Source: Eledone cirrhosa (lineage: Eukaryota). From it: DNA of 64,000 nt. The number at the start of each line of letters is the position of its first letter. The first letter of the stretch is position 1. Of the stretch, positions 54,878-64,000 are shown in pieces. Below the pieces are notes generated by a model. The model did not search any database. It was not told the origin of the DNA and saw nothing but the letters and a program-made list of their open reading frames with translations. The position numbers and the translations under genes were made by a program. The stretch is taken from assembly GCA_964016885.1 (NCBI GenBank), contig OZ024742.1, positions 89,528,001 through 89,592,000 of the forward strand, written 5' to 3'.

Positions 54878-57480
54878 TAGAGTGTGCCATAAAAGGCAAG
54901 GTCACAATACTAACGCCCCCTGTGTATTTTCCCATTATAAATGCCCCAATTGGTAAAATAAATCATATTTTGTATAAAATAAATTATTTTGAGACTTGTC
55001 TATATCATGGTGATTATAGTAGAAAGTGTGATTATGTTGTATGAAATCATGAAAATGTGAAACCAAATATGACCATACAATAATTGTTTATTTTATTAAT
55101 CCATTATATTAGTAAATCAGCTTTGAATATAAACGCGTACAAGGAAGAAACAAGTTCAGTTAAGTTAACTCCAGTCATATTTTTTTCAGAGTTTCTTTTT
55201 TGAAATCAGCGACGACTAGCTTCGACTACTTGAAGAACACACTGATTCTCCTCCTCATTCTTGGTGATGGCAACAAAATCAGTCATCAACTTGACTGCTC
55301 TCTTCGTCGTTGACTACCTTGATATTGTGAACAACAGCACAGGCATTTTGATATGACGCTTGTGATGACCAAGTTGCAGGTGACAGCTCAAACCAAACAT
55401 CGTCGAGACCAAGGAGATCGAACAGAAGCCTTGATTTCTTCCCAACTAGATGAGGCAGCTTCGTGGACGACTTCAACTCGGCAAATACTGGAGCATCACG
55501 ATCGAGAGGCCCAGACGTTTTCGTTTTGACAAGACGTTGGGCTATTTGTTTCTTCTCGGACTCTTGGACCCGACTTCAAAACAGCGCTAGCGGAATGGCT
55601 TCCACCGTCAGGTACCAACGATGCCTGCTCAGAGCAGTAGTGGCTGCCTGCGAGAGATCTTTGTCAACCTTCCTGTACTGTGTCAACTCCACGTAAAATT
55701 GGAGGTCATTGGATGGTTTATCAGCACACTTGACTGCTGTCAGCCAGTATCGCACGTAGAACAGAGCATTGAAAATACAGATCCGGCGCAACTTTTACCT
55801 TTTAGTTTGATCGTAATTGAGTCGCTCACCAAATGCATACATCTTTGCACTATAGATAATTGTGGACATCCACCAAGCGTTATGATGTGCACTAGGCCGC
55901 ATCCAATGAATTCCACGAGGAGGGGTGACACCAAGCAAGATCAACATCCACTCGGCACATCCTCGGTAGTCGTCAGATGTCAGCAAATCTTGGAGGAACT
56001 TGATGTTCTCAGAACACAGACGCTTGAGTCTCCGGTCGACAATGTTCAATGTTTTAAAGTTGGTCTTGTCCGTGAGTAACACCCAATCCTTTTTGAACTC
56101 CTTGAACTCTGGGGTGTCTGGACTGGACATTACTCCGAATAGTTGTTGCCACACTGCACACAAGATACGCTCCATGACTGGTGCCGACAAGCAAAATAAA
56201 ACACCTTTTTGTTGAGCATCTCTTCTAGTTTCACGCAGGCACCATTTTTCCATCCAGAATTCGAAGCAATTGTGTCGAAGATCAAGCCCACCACAGACCC
56301 ATCAACATTCCAATCTTTAACAAGATCAAATGATGCTTTGGCTTGGGTGGTTCCAGTGCCATCAGGAATTATGGGAACACCGAGGAGTTTACCTTCTCTG
56401 AAGTCCGGAGTTCCAGCAACTAGCACACCTAGCCTCTCGTGGTCACCAGGAATTATTTTGCCATCCCAATGCAAGGTAACAAAGTCTGGTACAGCAAATT
56501 GTTCCTTTATGTGTTCAGCCCCCACAGTTTGATCTTCTTAGCTGCACGTCTGCTACTATTCTTGGAGAGAGTTGTGGTGTCTATGTCAGTCCCATCCTCA
56601 GAAATAATCGATGCCATAAATGCTGTTTTCTGGCCCAGTGTCAGCTTTAAACGATCTGCCATTAGAGAAATTTTGGGACTTTGAAATGGATTCTTTGGGA
56701 GTTCCTCGTTTCTTGTCTGACTTTGAACTGTTTCTGGGTGGGTTTGAGGCCTGAAATTCAGGATCCTGTTCATCTTCAGTTTCATCATTGGTTAAACTTG
56801 AATCTCTCAGTTCATTACGTGGACGTTGTGCTGCTACAGGACCTGACAAACGCTTTCTATCGTTCTCTGACTCTCGACGAGCCACAGAAACCTGATTACG
56901 CTTAAACTTTGAAGATACCTTTTTCTGGTAACCCTTGTCTTCAGCACCCAGAGATACTTTTTTCTGGCAACGCAGGGCTTCGAGAAATGTAGCATCTTCC
57001 ATTTTCTCTTCATTATTACGAAGACGGTCTTTCAAAATTTTCTTTTCTGCATCAGCATGTGCAATGTAGAAATACGAATCCAATTCAGAAATAAATAGTG
57101 CTTCCTTTTCTTTGTTTGACTTAGAACCTTTGTTTTTTTTGTAAATTTCTATATTCACTGTACATGTTCATAATTTTCAGTTTCACTTTGTCTGTTCGTT
57201 GAGTCGCCACACCAGCTTTTTCCCACTGACTAACTATTTCCATCACATATCTATCCGCAATAGCACCATTGAAGCTCACATGCTTTTCGTGTTTCATAGA
57301 ACCATTTTTCAGGTAGAAGAAATATCTTAGAACATCCCCCTTTGTTGGTATTTTGTTTGGTGATAAGGATTTAACATATTGCCCCAGGAGACATATTTCT
57401 CGATCATCACAACGGAGCGAGTAGCTACAACTAGGCCTACTGGTTTCCGCCATTTTGCAACTATTAGGCAAGGCTTAAAT
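54878..57480 (-). mobile_element. hAT-superfamily (hATm-like) DNA transposon, frameshifted transposase
   Basis: KIPTKGDVLRYF...WEKAG...VTLHWDGK...LIFDTIASNSG.KNGAC...YFACRH (CxxH)...AHHNAWWMS..IY..K...RHRWYL...VVND. One putative terminus TAGAGTGTGCC at 54878; the other was not found. Subfamily assignment is from memory. Confidence 0.75.
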
Positions 57481-57539
57481 TAGTCTGAAATAATCAAAAT
57501 TACATTATAAATTGATAATATACAAAATGGCATAAGAAA

Positions 57540-57750
57540 ATGCATAGGGAGCTAAGAAAAAGACACTTTTGTGTAAAATTATCGACAGCAAATGCCTACA
57601 GCAATGGTATGTCCCACTGCGGGCTCTGTAATTTAGAACTGCTGCATATTTTAAGAGACGATAGGATGCTGCTTAACAGCAAAATAGAAAAATCCATTTT
57701 CTGTAGGCATAAAATAGCTACTAGATTTACGAACTTCAAACCACCATGAT
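57540..57750 (+). mobile_element. Penelope-like GIY-YIG C-terminal fragment
   Basis: AYSNGMSHCGLCNLELLHIL...LLNSKIEKSIFCRHK...FKPP, paralleling the ends of the elements at 5001 and 11574. Confidence 0.75.
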
Positions 57751-58659
57751 TTGAACCAGCAATCCCAAAATTAGTACTGAACCACTAGATTTTAATATAT
57801 TGAATACACACTATCGCACCACTATTAGCTATCAAACAGCCAACTGATCACTGGAACATACATCTCTGTACACTTCTTCCACCCTATCTCCATCAACCTC
57901 ATTAAGATAGAACAACGAGCAAAACATCTACAACAAACGTTTATCAAACGCCCTGTCAGCCCATAAGTATCATACATTAATTAATCTCTAATTTATTATC
58001 TTTCCTTTATCGGACCCTCCACACAAATTTATCTACATCTCAAATCTGGTTTCTCATGTTAGCACCAAAAAACACTTCCTCAAAAACTACTAAAATCTAA
58101 TTCTACGTACACTCTCTCATTCTTATTTATTTTATTTCTTTGTATCCTCCATTTCCTCATGTTCTTCTTATTATTATTACTTTTTAATGTACTCTATCTT
58201 ATATTTTACTTTTTTACATCTGTAACATCCCTATCTATTTACCATACATATTCTACTATTGATGTTATTGTTTTATTTAAAATGTTATTATTGATGTTAT
58301 TGTTTCGGTGTTACGCTACTTTTCTATATAAGTCTTGCCTCGAGTGAACTATTTTCATATCTACGTGCTTTTATGTATTGGAGTCGATTGACGCAACCTC
58401 AAGCGATTAGCGAACTCTAGACACACCTGATCAACGAAACAATTATCAGTACTTTAAATAAAGCCCTTATTGTACAGCCAACTATGTTACTCTTCTTTCT
58501 TTAACTATTATTACTCCAAGTATAACCTACATAGAAATTAGCGCGAACTCGCTGCATAGCTATGAAACCATCTTGTTGAGTCAAACAAAGCCGTACGTTA
58601 AAACGATCCACGACACGGAGTACTCTAACTGGATTACCTATAACGACAACTTGTTAGTC

Positions 58660-58788
<129 letters not shown>

Positions 58789-59354
58789 TTTAAATTTCGT
58801 GGTTTACCACTGGATAGAATTGGTCATTCTGCAATTTTAATCATGACGTAATATGGAAAAATCACTCGAAGTTTGCAACACATCCATCTTCAATGTTGAA
58901 TCTTGCTGGTGATGCGGGAACGGAGTAAATGTATTATAAAGTGAAATGACAAGAGGCCAAATATGTTGAATTTCCTTAATTTCCTATTACTGTAAACAGT
59001 CCTTAAAGCAGTTCCCTCCCCCATCCTACGTAAACTTGAGTGGATGAATCTATCGCAATGTTGCTACAACATGAATTCGCTACTCCTCCTCTAGCAATAA
59101 AGCACCAGCGCAACATAATTTAGCATTCCTCTCAAATACTATACTTCCACAGCAAGCAGGACTCGTGAATCCATTTTTGATTAAAATCTGGGATTCACAG
59201 CAAATTTGAGTCACCTTGTTATAAACCTGGGTGTGTACGACAATAACCTAAAATAAAAATAAAAATAACGAATGTTAATATTGGTTAAATTTAGCAACGA
59301 TATTAGTAAAATTGACATACATTCACACTTGATGTATATTTATGTGTATATATA

Positions 59355-62300
59355 TCTATATATATAAATCTGAGGATGTGTGTGTTAAGGTTTGTAACGG
59401 ATTCACGTCTACAACTTCCGACAGATTCTATTCAAAGTCAGGACAATTATTGCTTTTGGTCAGGAAAACGTCATGAAGCAAAAAGAAATTCAAATCCATC
59501 AACAATAAGGGCAAAAATCGATCATGATCATTCCCCCTCGCTATAATTTAACTGTTTTACTCTCTCTGTCGCTCTTCACTCCCTAAATGACAACACTGCA
59601 GAGAGAGAAACAATGTGTATGATCAAATGGAGCGTTCCGTATATTCCCTCTCTCTATAATTTAACTGCTTCACTCTCTCTGTCGCTCTTTACTCCCTATA
59701 TGACAACACTGCGGTGGAGCATTCCGTATTGAGCGTTCCGTATTGAGCGTTCCGTATTGATATACGGCTTATCTGGTGCATTATATAAATCGGAATGTAA
59801 CCCGTGAAATTTTTCCTGGGCAAAATTATTCGAACAGACATGACCTTATTGCCAGAGTGTTCAGACTGAAACTGGCTAAACTCATGGCTTTTATCAAAAA
59901 GGGTCAGGTACTTGGGGCTGTAAAATGTGACATATTCACCGTCGAATGGCAAAAACGAGGGCTGCCACCTGCTTACATTTTGATTTGGTTAGCTGATAAA
60001 ATCAAATCAAATGCCATAGACAGCTTCATTTCGGCCGAAATCCCTAACCCAGCAACTGTCCAGGAATTACATGATATCAGCAAAGCTAACATGGTCCGTG
60101 TGCCTCGGGTCCTAATGAGCATCACACGTGTCTGAAAGAAGGGTCGTGCAGTAAGGGATACCCAAGAAAATGTGTTGACCAGACTCAGACTGGTGGCGAC
60201 AGGTACCCCCTGTACAGGCCCGATACGGCATGAGAACGGTGGCTTCACCACAACAGTAAAGGCAGGTCAAGTCGACAATAGATGGGTGGTCCCTTACTGC
60301 CCGCTTCTCTTGAAGATGTTCAACGCCCACATCAACGTTGAGATTTGCAACTCCGTCAAGTCGATAAAAGACATATGCAAATATGTAAATAAGGGCTCTG
60401 ATGCCGCAATGTTCGCATTTCAAGCTGAAAATAGCAGGGATGAGGTTACAGAATACCTGGCGTGGCGGTACATCAGTAGCAATGAAGCTTTTTGGCGCCT
60501 ATTTGGTTTACCCCTACACCAACGGCACCCCGCCATCGTACAGCTTGCGGTACATTTGGAAAATGGGCAAAGGGTTTACTTTACGGACCAAACCGCCGCC
60601 AAGTTGGCCGCCGATCCGAAAGAGACCATTCTGATGGGTTTCTTCAAACTTTGCCACTTCGATGCATTTGCGCAAACAATTGTGTACCCCCAGGTTCTAT
60701 CCTACTTTATATGGCCGAAAAACACTTGAGTGCGAAGAAAGTCAGGTCAGGCTGTTGAAAGACATCCTGGTGTAAAATTTGACAGCTGTCTTGGAAGGGT
60801 TTACACTGTGTCCCCAAGTCAGCATGAGTGCTTTCATCTCCGCCTTCTTCTGCATGAAATTGTAGGCCCACAAAGTTTTCAGGACCTCAAAACTGTTGAT
60901 GAAGAAATATGTGATACGTACCGGGAAGCCTGCTTTAAGCGTGGTCTTTTGGAAGGTGATTCGCAATGGGATTCCACTTTAGCATAGGGTGCTTTGTTGA
61001 AATCAACTAAAAGTCTACGAGAACTCTTTGCCATTTTGCTTCAAAAGTGTGAATTGGGTGATCCCAAATCTTTCTGGATCAAGTACAGAGACTTCATGTC
61101 TGAGGACTTCCTGCGCCTGGCTCATCTGCAGTATCCTTCAGTGGAAGTTGGTTACAGTGACATTATCTACAACAGGGCGGTGGATTGGCAGTATCGGTAG
61201 AGGGTCGGACGTCATGCTTTCCAGCATAGTTACGTCCCTTTACGATCTGAGTTCAAATCCCGCCGAGGTTGACTTTGCCTTTCATCCTTACGGGGTCGAT
61301 AAAATAAAGTACCAGTAATGCACTGGGTAATTGCTGGCCTTGTGCCTAAAGTAGAAACAATTATCTACAACAGGGCACTCATTGATATCAAGGACGCCCT
61401 CCTCGACATGGATGGGAGCGAATTGGCGACGTATGGTTTGCTGTCAACCGTCAGAGAGGACGCTAACACGTTGGCCCCGGATTTGTTGCGAGAAACAGCA
61501 TATGACATCGAATCTCTTTCCCAATACTTAGAGGAAAATGAGCCTAAACTTCTGTCGGACCAAAGGTTGGCTTATTTAACTATCATTGATGCGGTTCAAA
61601 ATGAGACTGGTGGTATTTACTTTCTCGATGCTCCTGGGGTAATGGAAAAACCTTGGGAACAAAATTGATTCTCGCTAAGATTCGTCAGGAGAAAAAAATT
61701 GCGTTGGCCGTTGCATCGTCCTGGATCGCTTCTACTTTTCTGCCGGGAGGCAGGACAGCACACTCAACCTTAAACTCCCCTTGGATTTAGTAAAAACTGA
61801 GACACCAACATACAATATCAGCAAGAGTTCACACGAAGCTCTGGTTCTCAAAAAATGTTACCTCATTGTTTGGGATGAGTGCACAATGGCACACAAGGGT
61901 TCGCTTGAGGCATTGGACAGGAATCTGAAAGACATTAGGGATTCTACTGCTCCTATGGGTGGCGTAACCCTTCTGCTATCAGTGGATTTTCGGCAAACGC
62001 TGTCTGTCATCCCCGAAGGGACAAGAACTGATGAAGTGCGCGACTGCCTTAAGTTGTCCATGTTGTGGCCCCTAGTGAAGAGTTTGTAGCTGAGCACAAA
62101 TGTGAGTGCTCATTTGCATGGTGACAACATGTCTGCAGCATTTTCTAACATTTTAACATTTGGTGAGGGCAATGTCCCTGCGGATGACAAGGGCGGCATA
62201 GCAATCGACTCTCTGTGCAACATTGTGAGCATCCCTTCTGACCTTTGGGAAGCAGTTTTTCCTAATGTCTTTAATAACTTTAAAAAATTCGATTGGCTCA

Positions 62301-63215
62301 GCGAAAGAGCCATCCTTGCTCCGTAAAATCCCATGGTTAATTTTATTAACGAGCAGCTAATTAAGAAGATTCCCGGTAATAAGCACATCTTCAAATCTAT
62401 CGACCTGACGTCAGACCCCGACAATATCGTTAATTATCCGGTTGAGTTATTAAATTCCCTTGAGCCCCCAGAGCTCCCACCTCACATTCTTAAGCTTAGG
62501 GTTGGCTGTCCAATTATGCTAATAAAGAACATGCGTCCACCAAAGCAGTGCAACGGTACTCGCATGGTCGTCAAGTCACTGACGCCCCAATTGGTTGAGG
62601 CCACCATTGTAACGGGGTGCGGGAGAGGGGAGAATGTTCTCATTCCAAGGATGAACCTTTTCCCCTCGGCGTCAGATATCGCGTTCTATTTCCGGCGAAT
62701 CCAATTCCCGGTGAGACCATGTTTTGCCAAGTCACAAGGGCAAAAATTGTCGGTGGCGGGCATCCATTTGGGAGTACCATGCTTCGCCCATGGCCAAATT
62801 TATGTTGCCTGTTCTCGCGTAGGGAGCAGGAATGGATATTTTGCTTACACTCCTCAAGGGATGACACCCAATATCGTCTACAAATAGGTGCTATAGATGT
62901 TGATGCAGGTGTTGGAGGTGTTGGAGCAATGCCGTCTAGAAAACTATTTCCTGGTAGGGTCACGCTTGGCGGACAGATCTGACACCCAGCTGCATCAGGG
63001 CATCTTGCAACTTTGGTCTGCTAAATTCGGTATTGGAAGGTTATTAACCCATCATTGATTGTCCAAAATGCTAATTGGTTCGTAACTTTTAATAACCGGT
63101 TCAACTGCTATATGTACTTAATTGATGAGCTTATTCGCTTTCAAGACACGTTTACCTGTATGTAACTTTTCATAGAAAATGAACAAACCTGAACAACGCC
63201 GGGCTAAACTGCTAC
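59355..63215 (+). mobile_element. Helitron with decayed Rep-PIF1 helicase
   Basis: 5' A|TCTATATATATAAA. Rep motifs EWQKRGLPPAYILIWL and KSIKDICKYVNKG; VDNRWVVPY; helicase FLDAPG, IVWDECTMAHK, DFRQTL, CNGTR, QFPVRPCFA, SQGQ, HGQIYVACSRVG. 3' hairpin followed by CTAC|T (CTAG in the 2123 copy). Confidence 0.95.
61176..61362 (+). mobile_element. tRNA-derived SINE nested in the Helitron ORF
   Basis: Same family as 30920-31103; flanked by the direct repeat ATTATCTACAACAGGGC (61162-61178, 61360-61376). Confidence 0.93.
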
Positions 63216-63700
63216 TATATATATATATGTGTGTGTGTGTGTAGCTAGAATGAGAGAGAGTGAGAGAGATATTTAATCAACTTAAACATCCGTATGTTGT
63301 AGCGCCCACAACGGTGTTGGGGAGAACAAAGTTCCTGATTTTCGAGCCAGTTCATCTCATTAACAATCGTATCACACCGTCTATTGATTTGTAATTGGCA
63401 TCTGGGTTGCTCCATTATTCCTAATAATTTGTTTCGGGCATCAGTATTTAAAGTAAGGCTGGGCAAAGGTAGAAAAAAGGAGAAACTTACTATAATAACG
63501 GGTGGAGGGCGGGACTGTGTCTTGTTTATATTTCTTTTATCCGGTTAGTAAAATAAGTTGGATTACTTTGAATAAATAATGAATGAATATTATATAATTT
63601 ATGTACTAAATTTCGTAACTCTTCATTAAACAGAGATCATTTTATTGCTTATTCCATTTTGCTGTAGCGTTAGGTTCGTTAGTCAGTATGTGTATGTATA

Positions 63701-63882
63701 ATAATTGTTTCTACTTTAGGCACCATGCCAGCAATTACCCAGTACATTACTAGTACTTTATTTTATCGACCCCGTAAGGATGAAAGGCAAAGTCAACCTC
63801 GGCGGGGTTTGAACTCAGATCGTAAAGGGACGTAACTATGCTGGAAAACATGGCGTCCGACCCTCTACCGATACTGCCAATC
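63701..63882 (-). mobile_element. tRNA-derived SINE
   Basis: Third copy of the family, reverse orientation. Confidence 0.9.
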
Positions 63883-64000
63883 GGTATAATAATGAAAATT
63901 ATTGTGTACAGCGCTCAGGTGCATTATAATTGTTGTTCTTCTTCTTTGATTTTTATAAAATTAGTATCACATATCAACTACAACTACAACCACCACCACC

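Noticed and set aside
61176-61262. tRNA gene
   Set aside because: A and B boxes are present but continue into a SINE body and tail, in three dispersed copies, one with a target duplication.

Overview
AT-rich eukaryotic (metazoan) genomic DNA with no prokaryotic gene organisation. The repeat content, especially a tRNA-derived SINE resembling those I recall from octopods, suggests a cephalopod mollusc; this is inference. One host gene segment is well supported: a terminal coding exon (about 21437-22083, +) encoding a galaxin-like Cys-Cys repeat protein with an unusual Pro/His heptad tail. The rest is microsatellite ((TA)n, (TACA)n, (CA)n) and mostly decayed mobile DNA: many Penelope-like elements (PLEs; RT and GIY-YIG), R4/Dong-like LINEs clustered in (TACA)n, RTE, CR1-like and CRE-like LINE fragments, two Helitrons, a hAT-type transposase, SINEs and a palindromic MITE-like family. 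The most striking hidden layer is about 18 hammerhead-ribozyme (HHR)-like motifs from roughly 10 distinct sequence families. They sit in tandem or inverted PLE-derived, retrozyme-like repeats anchored in (TA)n. They include a duplicated candidate whose three strands occur in a non-canonical permuted order, and a 1.2-kb foldback with an HHR on each arm. All RNA folds were derived by eye and are untested. Coordinates of decayed elements are approximate.
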